Both the position numbers and the translations under genes were made by a program. A stretch of 64,000 bases of DNA from Camelus dromedarius (lineage: Eukaryota): the NCBI RefSeq assembly GCF_036321535.1, contig NC_087437.1, positions 67,520,001 to 67,584,000 of the forward strand, given 5' to 3'. Positions within the stretch are counted from its first letter, which is position 1; each line of letters begins with the position of its first letter. Below are positions 12,930 through 26,820 of this stretch, one piece after another. The notes beneath the pieces were generated by a model. The model made no database searches. It was not told the DNA's origin and saw only the letters and a program-made list of their open reading frames with translations.

Positions 12930-13900
12930 ACGGTCATTTAGCTCAAATTCCCACCTCCCTTTAGTGGGGAGGTACCTAGACCTAAAGGGGGATCATTGGG
13001 AGCATTTGCAGTGATGAGTGAGTTTACTGCCTCCATAAGGAAACTTCTGAGTTCAGACAGCTTTGATAGTTAGAAAATCGTTTCTTAAGCTCAAACCTAC
13101 AGCTCTGTAATTTCCACCCTTGGGTTCCAGTTCTTGGATCTACATAGAATAAATTGAGTACCTTTCTCACATGTCTTCACTTCTTTCATTAAGTAACAGA
13201 GTTGCCATGTGGTCTGATTTTCCTTAGGCTAAACAGTCTGAGATCATTAACCATTACAGGCTTTCTTGATAATCATCCTTTCCCCTCTTACAGAGTCTTC
13301 CACTTTTAAAATTATTTCCTTAAATATGTTAATAAGAACTGATACTCTGGCAAGGACAAAAGGCAAAAATGCCGTTGTGGGACTATTATTTTAGTTGATT
13401 TAGAGATACTACTCCTATTAAAATTTTATATATATATGTATGTTTTTATTTTGGCCACAATTATAGACAGATCAGTTGAACTTGCATCCAATTGAAATTC
13501 CAGGCCTTTACTCATGATTTGTTAGATTCTTTTTTTTCTTTCTCTGTGCCTGTGAAATTGATGTTTTTAGGTTTTATGCAGAGCTATTCATTTATCCATA
13601 TAAAATAGAATTGCATCCATTGTAATTCATTTTTTCTAGATATTATATCTCTAAATCTTCATTTAAATTTATGTTATTTATTGATGACTCCTAGATTTGT
13701 GCATGTGAAAACTGATAGGTATGCCTTTTGTATTATGATAAAATGCTGATTAGTACAGACTAAGAGTATTGGAGAACAAATCCTCCCTTCAGGTCTACAA
13801 CTATTATTTATCTGTATTCTTTGTATAACTGTTCAAGTAACTACCATCTTCGAGTTCCTATGTCTCCAACAATGCTAAGAGAGAATTGACCAAAATCTAC
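12930..13900 (-). mobile_element. L3 (CR1) remnant, RT/3' region
   Basis: gttagaaaatcgtttctta, ctgtaatttccacccttggg, taggctaaaca and ctcctagatttgtgcatgtgaaaactgataggtatgcctt resemble antisense L3 consensus. Confidence 0.5.
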
Positions 13901-14229
13901 TGACACTTAGCAATAAATACTCTTTTAAAAACTATTTTTGAAGTACAGAGAACCCTGTTTAATTATAGCTGGATGGTTCCAGAGGGAGGTATGTGACATC
14001 GTCAGGACACAGTCTTTTTCTCTTCAGTGCTTTCTTCTGGGATGCCCTGACTCTGATGCAACTTGTCTCTACATGGTGGTCTTCAGCAGATCTAGGATTA
14101 TATACATGAGCCTCCGTGTGTAGTCCAGATATAGCAGATAAGGGGAGCACCCTCTCACGTGCCAGAATTTCTTAATCTCCTGGCTCTCTCTTCTGTTTTT
14201 TTAATCATTTTTTCCTCCTGTGTATTATT

Positions 14230-16980
14230 TATTTAATTTTGTAATTTCTGTGTTGAAGAACCTGGGTCAATTTATTCTGGAGAGTTTCCCACACTCTAAA
14301 TTTTGCTAATTGCATCCCCTTGGTGGAGTTTAACATCACTTATTTCCTGTAAATTGGTAGTTTGATCAGATTGCGTGTCAAAGTTGTCAGCATGACTGTT
14401 TTATTCATGATTCTGTCTTCTTCCACCAGGAGGCATATAATGCCTGGTTACTAGCAGTCCCTGACACTCACTACTTAGATCAGTTATTAATCCATTTAGT
14501 TATGGTGATATTTTACTTTTATCATTTCTTCTTCATTTATTACTGAGAGTATTTGTATAAAAAGACACTTCCCTTTATCTTGACATGATTACTGTGTGGT
14601 GATATGTGGGAAAATTTCCATGGATATCTGATTATTTCCTTCTGTTTTCCAGTTTTCAAATAATAAATTGGGACTATTTGCATACTGAACAATTAGGTTA
14701 AATTTTTTTTACTATTATTTGAACTAATAGTTTGAAATATGTTTGGTATGTTTCAGGTCATTACAGTTTTAGTTCTAATTGATGCTCAGGTCTCCCCATT
14801 TTTGATAGTCAAAGCCTTTTCAGATTGGCTCGTAAGTTATTCTGACCCCAACTTAATAGTCTTTGGTAGTTTCTCTGGTATGTCAGAGTGTTACAGATTC
14901 ATACAGAAATGAATCAGCCAGTTCTCTAAGAAGTCTTGGTTCCATTAAGTATAAAACGGCAGATAGAGACTACAGTTTGGACAGTAGGAGTGCATATTGC
15001 TACTGGTTTGGACATTGTTTCTAAATGTATTCAGTGAACAGAACGAGGATGTATTTTTTAAAGATAAAATATATCATGAGTTTGTTTTGATACTTCTATG
15101 AGTTTGAAAGAAAGAATAAGAGGGTTTTTACTTGTTTCTTTCAACTATCTTGCCTTTTTTACATAGAAGAAATTACAGTTCTCAGTGGTGGTGCTGAAAA
15201 TGGTAAAAATGTCCCTCAGTTATTCATTTGCTTTATCCCTGAATACACAGATGCAAAAATCTGCTACTACACTAATACAAATAATTTTGATTAGTAAAAA
15301 AAAAGTTGAAGACCCTGTTCGTATTTTTTTTTCTCTAGAATATATTCTATTAGTCATGTAACATTGAATTACTGTTTTAAAGTCTCTTGGAATGGTTTAT
15401 TCGACTGAATACATATTTAGGTTTATTTATTTTATTTTTAATTAAAGGGATTGATTTATAATTTTAATATTGTTAAAGTTGTTTGAGGAAATACTGCTAT
15501 AGTTCCTAACTCATATCTTGAAAAGATATATTCAAAGATCTCAAACTTCTTTCCCTATTCCTTTCACACTATTCTGTCTCTTCTAAATAACCACTGAAAA
15601 AGTTATGATCTATTCTTCCATTATTTGTTTTTTAAATAATTTTGAGTATACTTTCTGATGTTCAGGAAGGTTGCATTTTTATACTAATGTTTACTTTTAT
15701 ACCAACACTTTTATGTTATTTTCTAAGTTCTTTTTTTTTTTCTTACTTAGTTATTTTCTACTGATTTCCTACTATTAGCAATATTGGAATAACTAGTAAT
15801 CTCTTCTTCTCCTCCCATGTTCTTCCCATCTAGATATTACAGAAATGACATTGCATTCTCTTTACCTCCTATTAGGTGGATGCATGATTCAATTTATCAC
15901 ATAACTGATGGTATTATCTTTGATTACTTGATAAGGTTGGTTTATGCAAGACTTTGCCATTGTAACTTACTCTTTTCCCTTCACAATTAATAAATATTTA
16001 AGGAGAGGGTTGTACTTTGGAACCATGTAAATATTGTGATCGTCATCAAACTTTCAACATATTTGTTAACCTATATCAATATGAATTCATGGATTCCTAT
16101 TTTGAATAATAGGTCATAATTTGTTAATACCAGTGTGTATTTCTATGCTCAAATTATCTGTTTTAACTATTGAGAGCTCCATCAAGCTGGTTTTGACATG
16201 TCCTTGTCATAATTTAAGTACTTTCTTCCTCTCACGACGAGATATTCCTGATTCTTTTGTACTATTCCCATTCTAACCTTGGAATCAGCCATTTCTCTAA
16301 GGATCCTTGGTTTCCTGTAGTGGGGAATGGTATTTATAAACCAAGGTCTGAGGGCTAGGTGTCCTCATTACTTTTGGGGCGTCACTGCCCCTAGGCTGTC
16401 TTGATGAACAAAGCTACATAATATATGCATACACATGTGCATGTCTGCATCTATATTTGCATCTGTAGTTATCTCTGTATCTTGAGATCTACAGATTTTT
16501 ACTAACACCTCCCAATTCTAACCCAGTACCACAGTATTAACTTTAGTTTTCTCCCTATGAATGTTTGTTAACTATCTTCTCTGACAGTGAAAAGTTAGAC
16601 TCTCCTTATTCTTAATATTTTTACTCACTTTATCTTTTTTATGCATGTATAACCAATACTGCATTGCTGCTCCTGCCTCTCCTGCATAACATGACTGCCC
16701 TCTTTTATCCCTCCCTACTCTACATGGGCCCATCTTGTTGTGAGGAAGCTCTTCTTACGCTGCCTGTGTTTGAACTCCTCATGCTGAGCCACTTGCCTAA
16801 GCCTTCATGTACACTCTGCTCAACACATTCAGTTTATGAAACCCCTGCTGGGCACTCCTTTCCGCTCCCATGTGGATGTCATCTTCATTCTCCTCAGGCT
16901 GTGACACCTCAGTCAGGGCCACCGCTTTTGCCCCTTCTTACCACTGTGCAGACACCTGTGTTGCTTGGTTCCACCTAATG
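14230..16980 (-). mobile_element. Old L1M (MC/MD/ME-type) 3'-end fragments
   Basis: Repeated motif ggaatcagccatttctctaaggatccttggtt...aaaccaaggtctg near 16280 and 14910, also present near 29920. Confidence 0.5.
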
Positions 16981-18780
16981 CCTTTTGGAGCGAGTTGTTC
17001 AGGTAGAGAAGAGAAGTGGAAGAAAGAAAAGGAGAAAGAAGAAAAGGGGGAAATGGAAAACTGACAATAGACTACTTTTAAATGTTTCTTCTATTACTAT
17101 TATGCACATCCTCCTTCTTGACATTCGACACATTGTGCCAATTTTATGAGGAATGTAACTTGAGGGTTTTCTGCACATCATTTTGTTAGCTACGATACAT
17201 TGAATTTTGGAGCTGTCAATATAGTTTCCTATAAAAATATCAGCTGGAAAACATACTGAGAGATATATATGTTTTATAAAGTTTGAATACTAAAAACCAA
17301 GTGGTATTCTACTAGGAAAATATTAACAAGCGAGATGTGTTAACCAAACAGCATGGTAAAATAATAATGCTCCTTGACCAAATGGAACCTTATTCCAGAT
17401 ATATTAGGATGGGTAAATATTAGGAAATCTATTGATTAATCACCACATTAATAGATTGTAAGGGAGAACTCGTCTTAGATGATGGAAAGACATTTGATAA
17501 AATCTATTCTTGACAAAAATTAATTTTTAAAATAGAAATATATTTACCTCAAACCAAAAACCAGCATCATTATTATTGATGAAATACTAGAAAAAAAATT
17601 CTACTAACATCAGGGATAAAGCAAGGATGCCCGTTAACTCCTAGATTATTAAACTTTTTCCCTCAGGTAATAGGAATATGAATAAACAATAAAAAGAAGC
17701 AGAATATGTATAAATAAAAACACAGGAATATAATTATCTGCAGATGTTATAATTGTCTACTTGAAAACTGTCTACATGAAAATGCAAGATAATTAACCAA
17801 AAAAAGTCTATAAATGAAAAGAATTCAATAAGGTATCATAATATAAAACTAATGAACCAAAATCTGTTGCCTTCCTATAGATAAACAAAGCTAGTAAGAA
17901 AAATAACGATGGTCTAAAAGATCCCATTTATAACAGTCACAACAAAAACAGTAAAATTATAGGAATAAATTTAACAAGACATGTTCAAGAAGAAAAAATA
18001 CACGAACACTATTGGCAGGTGCAAAAGATAATTCAAACAAATGAGAAGGCTTACCTTCTGTTTGCATAGGAATACTCACTCTCATGAAGATGTTTTTTCT
18101 CTCAAATTAATGTATAAATAAAACGTTAGTCCCCCCTCCAAATATCAACAGGTCTTAAGACCAACCAGTGTGAATCTGAAGGTCATGGAAAAATATATCC
18201 AAGAAAAACCTGAAAAAGAGCAATCATAGGGGAACAATTTTGAGACTATTATAATTAAGGCAGGATTGCACTAATGTGTGAATAGACAGATCCATGGAAC
18301 AGAATGAGGATTCCAGAAATAGATCCAAATGTTATGGAGTTTTAGTATATGTTAGAGATGAATTGCATCTAACAGTGGAGAAAATACAAGTTATTTAGTA
18401 AATGGTTTTTGGATAACTGAGTAACCTTGCAGAAAAATGTCATTTTCTTATTTCTTACATCTGAAGCAATTCGTTATATCAGACACTAAAATGTAAGAAA
18501 TGAAATCATGAAAGTTATAGAAGACAATATAAAAGAGTTATATTTATTCTATTGGAGTAGAAAAGACTTTCTTAAATATGACACAAAATGCCAGAGACAC
18601 TGAAATCAAAGAGTGATAAACTAGATTTCATAAGAAGAAACAAACTCAACAACCAAAACTTAAATGGAGTCAAAAGATAATTGATCACCTGAGCTATTTC
18701 TCATTCACATCAAGGTACAAAATATGAATTTTTATAACATATAAAGAATGCCTACAAATGAATAGAGAATGACTAACAAC

Positions 18781-18876
18781 AAGGCTCCAGACAAGCTGCA
18801 AAGATTATGTCCTGTGTAATTCTAGGGGAGCCAGTCATACAGAAGTGAATCTTACACAGCTATTCATGGCAGCCCC
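18781..18876. mobile_element. MER91-like hAT MITE remnant
   Basis: About 95 bp interrupting the L1, ending catggcagccc like MER91 termini. Degenerate. Confidence 0.35.
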
Positions 18877-19179
18877 AATCAACAGCCCGTGGAAGTATGA
18901 GTAAAGGATATTAAAAAAAAAATCATACACAAGGCATGAGTGTATTGGCTCTTGAATATATGAAAAGAAGTTTAAGGTTATTCATTAAAAAATAAAAATT
19001 GAATTAATAATGGATTACTGCTTTCATTTTTTACTTATTGTCTTGGCAAAATCATACATGAAAATAACTGATACAATGAAGTAGTTACTCATATTGCTGA
19101 AGGAATGTAAATTGATTCAATGTCTATGAAGCCAATTTGACAAATATTTATTAAAAATTGATTTTTTTGAATTTTTAGA

Positions 19180-19800
19180 AGTTTTATTTGTTGAAATATA
19201 GTTGACTTAGAAAATTGTATCAGTTTCAGGTGTACAACATAGTGATTTGATATCTTTATAGATTACATACCATACAAAGTTATTATAAAATATTTACTAC
19301 GTTCCCTATATGTATATTACATCCCTGTGACTTATGTATTTTATAATTGGTAGTTTGTATGTCTTAATCCCTGTCACCTATTTCGCCCCTCCCCTCATCT
19401 CTCTTCCCTGTGGTAGCCACAAGTTTGTTCTCTGTATCTGAGTCTGTTTCTGTTTTGTTATATTTGTTTGTTTCGTTTTTTACATTCCACATGTAAGTGA
19501 AAATATACAGTATTTGTCTTTCTCTCTCTGACTTACTTCACTAAGTATAATACCCTCTGGGTACATTATGTTGTTGCAAATGGCAAGTTTCATTCTTTTT
19601 TATGATTGAGTAATATTCCATTGTATATATGTGTTTGTGTGCACGCATACATTTTCTTCCTTGATTCACCTGTCAATGGGCACTTAGGTTGCTTCCATAT
19701 CTTGGTTATTAAAAATAATTCTGCTCTTGGATATTTATTCAAAGAAAACAAGAACACTAATTTGAAAATATATTGCATCCCATGTTCATAGCAGCATTAT
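19180..19800 (-). mobile_element. 5'-truncated, 5'-inverted L1 (laurasiatherian/artiodactyl-type 3' end)
   Basis: Antisense 3' end ttgaaatatagttgact... runs to cttggttatt (19710). The next consensus segment is present in the opposite orientation at 19717-19800. Confidence 0.8.
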
Positions 19801-20879
19801 GTAAATATCCTTTGATTCAGCAATTCTATTTCTAGGAATTTATTCTACAAATACACTTACACATGTCCCAAATGACATTCATTCAAAAAGAGGCATTACA
19901 ACATGATCTATAATAGCACAGAATGAGAACAACTTAAATATTCATCAACAAGGAGAGATAGAGAAATTAATGGGAATACTAAACTATATACATGTATGTG
20001 TGTGTATATATATATATATATTCTATTAAATGGAATACTTTGGCACTAAAAAGAATGAAGCAGCTCTGTATTATCAATATGAAATAATTTTATATCTATT
20101 ATCTATCTATCTAACTGGCTAACTATTCCTCTTTTCTATTTTCTATCAGTAGGTGAAAAAAGAATTCAAATAGGAAAGTCACCATTCATGAGTATGTTTC
20201 TGTATTTGTATCTACACTTGCTTGCCTATGCATTGAATATCTTCAGCAGGGTATCCTAAAAATTGGAAATACCAGCTGCCTCTAGGAAAGGTGACTGAAT
20301 GGCTGAGACACCTATATATATTTCATGGTACACATTTTGGTTCCCTTTGCATTTTTTTCCATGTGTGCATAATATATATTTAAATGAATTAGGTAAAAAT
20401 GTGCACAACATATCTCTGTTTAGATACCATCTATTTCAGTTGCATAATTTAGCTATAAAGATACAGAATGGGTAGCTGCTGAGTGACAAGTGTGAATCAG
20501 TAGGTGTGTTTATTAAGAATTATCAAACAAATGCAACAGAATACTACAGAAAATCTATGTAAGCCCCAATGTTAACACCTTATACACAATAGAGCATATC
20601 TTGTTAAGTGTTTTCAGTTCCTGTTAGAAATTAGTATGTAGTTATAGCTCTTTCTGAATAAAAAGGGAGTAAAGTAACAAAATTAATTTGCAAATAAATT
20701 TAAACAAAAATACCGAAAAGTACCCTAAACCATACTAATTGCAAGAGTCCCAGGGAGTAGAATGAGATTATGCTATTAACCTTGTTTCCTCCTCTGTGCT
20801 TTCAGAACATCTGTTAGAGAATATACTTTTCCTTTTACTATATTATGGTTTGTTTATACTGGAGTTAGTTTTTGTTGAT

Positions 20880-21060
20880 TGAACCTCTGCTCTGCTACTG
20901 ACCAGATACAGGAACTTCAAGAGTTTTCTCAACTTCCTTAAGCCTCAGTTTCTCCATATATAAAATAGTGATAATAGTAGTACCTCCCTCTAGACTAAGT
21001 ATAGGAAAAATGTAGTAGATTTATGTAAAGTATAATAAATATGATAATAAACCCTCAACA
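20880..21060 (+). mobile_element. MIR SINE remnant
   Basis: agcctcagtttctccatatataaaatagtgataatagtagtacct core. Confidence 0.65.
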
Positions 21061-21061
21061 T

Positions 21062-21240
21062 GTTTCCTTCCTCCCACTATCTTTCCTTCTTTCTCTGTCT
21101 TTATGTCTTCTTTCCTTTCACCTGCATGTTACTCAGTGTTTCCTATATTCCTTCCTTCTTCCCTTCTATCCTTTTTCCCTTCATTTCTTTTTACCTTCTT
21201 TCTCTCCCCCTTTCTTCATATATTTATTTCTCTCTCCCGT
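21062..21240. repeat. Pyrimidine-rich (CT) low-complexity tract
   Basis: Composition is mostly C/T. It explains the spurious F/L/S-rich ORFs at 21041-21326. Confidence 0.8.
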
Positions 21241-21739
21241 GCCTTATCCAAAAATATTTTGAAGTAGTTCACAAATCACGAGGTACAGCCATTGTAGACC
21301 AATTAAGTTATTGCCATTTCCCATAATACTTTGTGCATAGGATCAAGTGCAAAGCTATTCTCTGACTGTGGTCCTGGGTTCCAGAGCCCTATGATTTCAC
21401 TGCTCCCCTCATCTGAGTCAGTCTTCCTGACACACTGTGGCCCTCTGGCCACTCTGTCTTGTCTTCTCCCTTTAGCAGCAGTTAGTTCTCTGACCATTTT
21501 GTCCACCAGTGGACATCAGTCTGACCACCCGGCTTACATTTCACAGCTTGGTGTTCCTGCATTTACCCAGAGCAAATTCACATAAAAGGGGTTGTTAGAG
21601 GTTGAAAAGGAGTCCATAGTACAGGGAGTTGTTAATACGTAACAGAAGTAAGGCATTGTTTAATTCCCCCGTTTATGCTCCAGAAAGTAATTGTCTTATA
21701 GCATAATCAGTTGTACCCATCAACACTGCCTCCCTATCT

Positions 21740-21830
21740 TTTTTTTCTTTTTAAAAGATTCTTATTTTTATTGAAGTGTAGCTGATTTACAACGTTAGTT
21801 TCAACTCAATGCAAAATGATCAGTTAAATA
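21740..21830 (-). mobile_element. Very short L1 3'-end stub
   Basis: T-rich tail followed by tttattgaagtgtagctgatttacaac, the same 3' terminus as the copies near 23010 and 50390. Confidence 0.6.
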
Positions 21831-23007
21831 TATCTTTCGACACAGTTAAAGCCCCAATAACTTCCACTAAGACTTTTCTTATCCACAGATATGTCAAAAA
21901 TGGCAAAGCTCACTCCCATCCTGCTAAAGACTTGTTTGTCTGTCTCCCCCAGGACCAGCTCCATGATTTGTGTTCATTCATGCCACAGCCTTCACTTACA
22001 TAGTACCGTGGTAAATATCCCCAAGCCACTCAGTTCAGAAGTTAGGTTTCTCTAGAAATCTGCTTCCTCTAGTAGCACCAGTCTGTGGAAATGCCTGGTC
22101 TGTGGGAGCACAGCAGGTGAAGAAGCGCTTCGAGCAGGAGCAGGGACAAGCTGCCTAACCAGATGGGCATGGGGACGAGTGCAGACTCATGCTTTATAGG
22201 AGGGCCCTGTGACTTAGAAGATGAGCAAAGCCATATTAGAGGAAATTACAGTTTCCCAGCTCCGGTGATGAGATTCAGAGGATATTAAAACATGAAGATG
22301 CATTTTCAGACAGAATGTATTCAACTGAACTTTTCTAAGTTAGGGAAACAGAAAACAGATAACATTTTGTGTATCAGTTTTATCTCGTTCATTTAAAACT
22401 GAGTAATACGGGGCCAACAGTTAATTAGAAGAGTAAACTTACTGTGATGATAACCATATAATAGATTTCTAGACCAAATATTAACAATAAACTAGATTAT
22501 CTGGGATTAAAATTTTTTTATTGCAGAGAATAATGAGTTATAAACAATGATGCATCTAGGAGTGGCAGAAATTCAAGGGTATTGGAGGCCATTCCTGGTG
22601 ATACTTTTAATAACTTCCTTCTGAAGAGTTGTTCCTCAGGGCATGACCCTGACATCAGGTGACTGGCTGTACGGTCATGTCATCGAATTAGTTAGCTGGC
22701 TGGAGTGTTATTCCTGTCAGGATTCTGATGTGTTTATTTTTAAATAGTTTTGTCATTAATGTTTAGATAATAGATGAACAACACTAGTAAGTAATTTAGT
22801 AATATTCCCTGACTCAAAGACAAAACTTCACAAACTTTTAACAATTAAATCACTTATTTACTTGCTTATTCTTATTTGCTGTGTTTAATTCTCTGGCATA
22901 ATGTCTTTTGTAAATATGTCAGCTTGTTTATGCTCATCCGACTCAGTGTAGGTGGTGTTACTTGTTCTCAGTCCTGTGTTTTTTTCTTAATCTCTGAAAA
23001 GGCCACT

Positions 23008-23803
23008 TTTTTTTTCATTGAAGTATAATTGATTTACAATGTGTTAGATTCTGGTATACAGAAAAGTGATTCAGTTAAACACCTCCACACACAAACACAT
23101 ACATTTATATATGTACACACATTTTTTCATATTCTTTTTCATTATAGAATATTGCAAGATTTTGAATGTAGTTCCCTGTGCTACTATACTTTAGGACCTT
23201 GTTTATCTATTTTATGTATAGCAGTTAGTAGCTGCAAATCTTGACCTCCTAATTTATTCCTTCTCACCCCCTTCCCCCCTGGTAACCATAAGTTTGTTTT
23301 CTATGTCTGTGAGTCTGTTTCTGTTTTGTAAATAAGTTCATTTGTATCATTTTTTAGATTTCACGTATAAGTGATACCATATATTTGTCTTTCTCTGACT
23401 TAGTAGAATAATTTCTAGGTCCATCCATGTTGTAGCAAATGGTGTTATGTTGTTCCTTTTTTATGGCTGACTAATATTCCATTGTGTGTGTGTGCATGTG
23501 TGTGTCTTCATCTTCTTTATCTAGTCATCTGTTGATGGACATTTAGGTTGCGTCCATGTCTTGGCTAGTGTAAATACTACTGCTGTGAACATTGGGATGC
23601 CTGTATCTTTTCAAATTAGAATTTTCTCTGGATGTATGCCCAGGAGTGGGATTGCTGGATCATATGGTAAGTCTATCTTTAGTTTTTTGAGGAATCTCCA
23701 TACTGTTTTCCATAGTGGCCACACCAAACTACATTCCCACCAACAGTGTAGGAGGATTCTCTTTTTTCCACACCCTGTCTCTCCAGCATTTATTTGTGGA
23801 CTT
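23008..23803 (-). mobile_element. 5'-truncated L1 (about 0.8 kb) with TSD
   Basis: ORF 23611-23850(-) [40 protein letters not shown] is the L1 ORF2 C-terminus. TSD tgaaaaggccact (22995-23007) / tgaaaaagccact (23804-23816), 12/13 identical. Confidence 0.88.
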
Positions 23804-24349
23804 TGAAAAAGCCACTCTTTATCTGAGAACTGTATTCCCTCTGACCACACTTATCCCTGCCAGTTCCTTGTCTGACTCACAGCTGTCACACTCGTGATGT
23901 GCTCTGACAGGCTACCTGCTGGCTCTCTCGAAATTGAAGAAGTAGTCTATCATATTTAACAGGTAAGTAATCTGTGAGCATATTTTTCTTCCCTGTTATA
24001 TATTAAAGGCATGACCAACAATACCAGCATCTGATTCAAAAAGCATTCCATTAATGTGATAGGCATGCCTCCTGACATTCCTTTCAGCAGTCTCAGCAGT
24101 GGGCAGTTTCACATCGTGAGACTTGTGCAATGAAATGTACCACCAGTATCTCTTTCCTGCCACCTTATTCTGTGGACCTCACTAAATTATACCTCCAAGT
24201 AATTGCGTTTTTCTGTGTATTTGTACCACTTTTCAAACTGCTCTTTTAAAAACCCTTGTCCTGCTCTCACAAGAAACATCTGTCTTATCCTCCCCTTCCT
24301 CTTTTTTTTTTGTCTGGTTGTTTGACAGTGACATGGCTAGGAGGCTGTG

Positions 24350-24530
24350 CAGCCTAATAAAGTCTGGTTTGGGATGGAAAAGATTTGGTTTCTAATTCTG
24401 AATATTCAACATATTAATGATTTACATCACAGAGCCTTTGTTTTTCCCATCTGGAAGTTGGGAATAATAATATCTACGTCATGACTGTATTTGGGCAGTT
24501 TTATGAGTTAATACAGGTGAATCTGACTGG
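24350..24530 (+). mobile_element. MIR remnant
   Basis: gagcctttgtttttcccatctggaagttgggaataataatatctac core. Confidence 0.5.
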
Positions 24531-24660
24531 TTCACAGTATAGTGGTGACAATTACTGAGGCAGTGAAATTCACAGAGTTTTCTAGTAAATTTAATGTAAG
24601 TAAAGGATCAGAGACAAGTCAGGATGTGACTTCTGTGGCTCATAAGAGATGATTAGGACT

Positions 24661-25010
24661 TTTCTTAGTCTGTTTGGGGTTATTATAACAAAATATCATA
24701 ACCTGGGTGGCTTATAAACATTTATTTTACAGTTGTGGAAGCTAAGAGGTCTAAGATCAAGTTGCTCACATATTTAGTGTTTGCCTGAAGCCCACTTCTT
24801 GGTTTATAGACAGTGTCTTTTCTCTGTGTCCTGCTGGAAGGGGCGAGGGATCTTTCTGGGGTCTCTTTTACAAAAGCACAAATCCCAGTCATGAGAGCTC
24901 CATTGTCATGACCTAATCATCTCCCAAAGGCCTCACTTCCAAATACTATCACACTGGAGATTAGGGTTCAGCATGTGAGTTTTAGGGGTACACACATTCA
25001 GACCATAGTA
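24661..25010 (-). mobile_element. MLT1A-type (ERVL-MaLR) solo LTR
   Basis: tcttagtctgtttgggg...ctgggtggcttataaaca...catgacctaatcatctcccaaaggcc...cacacattcagaccatag. About 350 bp. TSD ggact/ggacc. Confidence 0.85.
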
Positions 25011-25099
25011 GGACCTTAACTTAGGTGGAAGCAAGAAAACATTGAGAGTGTAGGATGCATATGAGATATCTTAAGGTGACGACTTAGAAATACTTGGTT

Positions 25100-25320
25100 T
25101 CTTCGTTGAAGGAATGGTGATAACTTTTTTGATTCTATCTAATGCCAAGCTGATGCTACTCAGAGTAGGAAATAGGGAGGGCTGGACATTATATAAAACA
25201 TATACAGAGAGCATTAGTTTTGGATATGTTAGGTTTGATTTGCCTGTAAGACATAGTGGAGTCTCATCAAAATTCAGTAAGTGAGTGAAAGAAATATCTG
25301 ATTGAGAATTGGACATATGG
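25100..25320 (-). mobile_element. L2 fragment
   Basis: agttttggatatgttaggtttgatttgcctgtaagacat is a typical antisense L2 motif. Confidence 0.55.
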
Positions 25321-26279
25321 CTCTGCTTCTCAGGAGATGCAGTCTCTCCACTAAGGCCTTATTAAAGAAACTCTGTAAATTCACAGGCAGTGTCTTTTGT
25401 GAAGGATATAGGACTTAGCTGAGAAGTAATGCAAAAGACCAGGAGTTTCACTAGGAAAAGTGTCTCATACCCCAGGGATTAATGTGATTAGATCATAAGA
25501 ATTTAATAGAAAGGGATGGCCTGTTCATCACTACACCTAAACCTAAGGGCTTAAATTATTAGTGAGTTCTCTAGTTCAAATTGCTTCCCAGCAATAACTT
25601 TGGACCCCCTGTATTAGTCGGAGGCCTCTCTGTTACAAGTGAGAAACTCCACCTCAAAATATTTGAGGTGAACAAGGAGATTTAATTGTATATACTATGA
25701 AGAAATTCAGAGGTGTCCCCAACTGAGCCAAAAGTGGCCTCACATTGATTCAAAGCCTCAAATGAGGTTCTGATTTCACTCCTATTTTCATCTCCAAGTC
25801 TATATCTCTCCTGCATTAAAAGCTCCAGAAAGTCTGCATACATCTGATTTGCCATTAGACGCTCCTATATCAACCCTTTTCATTAAAAGGTAACTCATGA
25901 GAGAAGAAATTTGCTAAAACAGATTTGGGAAACAGAAGTGAATCTTAAAATAACGATGTTTAATATAAAATGTGTTAAAAGTCAGTGGTGGTTCTAAAGT
26001 AGAATCTATGCCTCTCTGGTGTTTAGGTCTTTTAAAAAAGAGATGTAACCTGTGTTTCCATCTTTATGCATGCATGCAGGCCAGGAACACCTGTTTTAGG
26101 AGTATAACATTGGGTGTAGCCCTGACAGAACTCCTACAGATATGTGCTCTCCTAACATGTAGTGCTTCATCTTGTGCACGTAATACAGCAAAAAACTTGT
26201 AAGGTTAGTGGTCTTGGCATACACACTTCATACAGAGCTCTGACACGTAACCCTCGAGGTCTTGATTCAGAAATACATT

Positions 26280-26820
26280 ACAATGCTCTTGAACAGTTGG
26301 TGATGAATATGTAGCCTTATGTACTCCTCTTCACAAAACTAACCAGAGGAATGCCTGAGTGTCCATTAAGAACAGAATGAATAAGCTGTAACAGAGACAT
26401 GCAATCAATGTCATACTGCAATGAACATGATGAATTATAGATACATACAAGAGTGAACTGTGAGACATAATATTGAATTAAACAAGCCAAACATATTATA
26501 ATAAGTACTTTATTATTCTCCTTATATAAACCTCTGAAAACAGGTAAAATCAAACTACACTGTTCAGGAATGTCCAATTCAGTAGTAAAACTATTGAATA
26601 AATACACAGAAATTGAATTCCATAGAATTCGGTATATTGGTACTGCTAGGGAGGAAGGAAAGGATTTTGTTTGAGAAGGAACATGCTGAGGGCTTCTGGA
26701 ATCCTGTTAATATTCAATTTCTTGACTTGGAGAAAAGTTAAACAGGTGTTTCATTTACAGTTCATTAAATTACACATGTATGCCTTATGTACTTTTCTGT
26801 ACATTTGTAATATTACAGAT
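26280..26820 (+). mobile_element. L1ME-type 3' end
   Basis: gaatgaataagctgt, aaaacaggtaaaatcaaactac, gagggcttctgga, tgtacttttctgtac. Confidence 0.55.

Larger units (their letters stand above)
17260..20400 (+). mobile_element. Old L1 (L1M5/L1ME-like) ORF2 and 3' end, interrupted by two insertions
   Basis: catttgataaaatc, gcaaggatgcccgt, tgcagatgttataattgtctac (FADD motif region), atggaacagaatgag and cagcaattctatttctaggaatt occur in consensus order. Confidence 0.7.
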
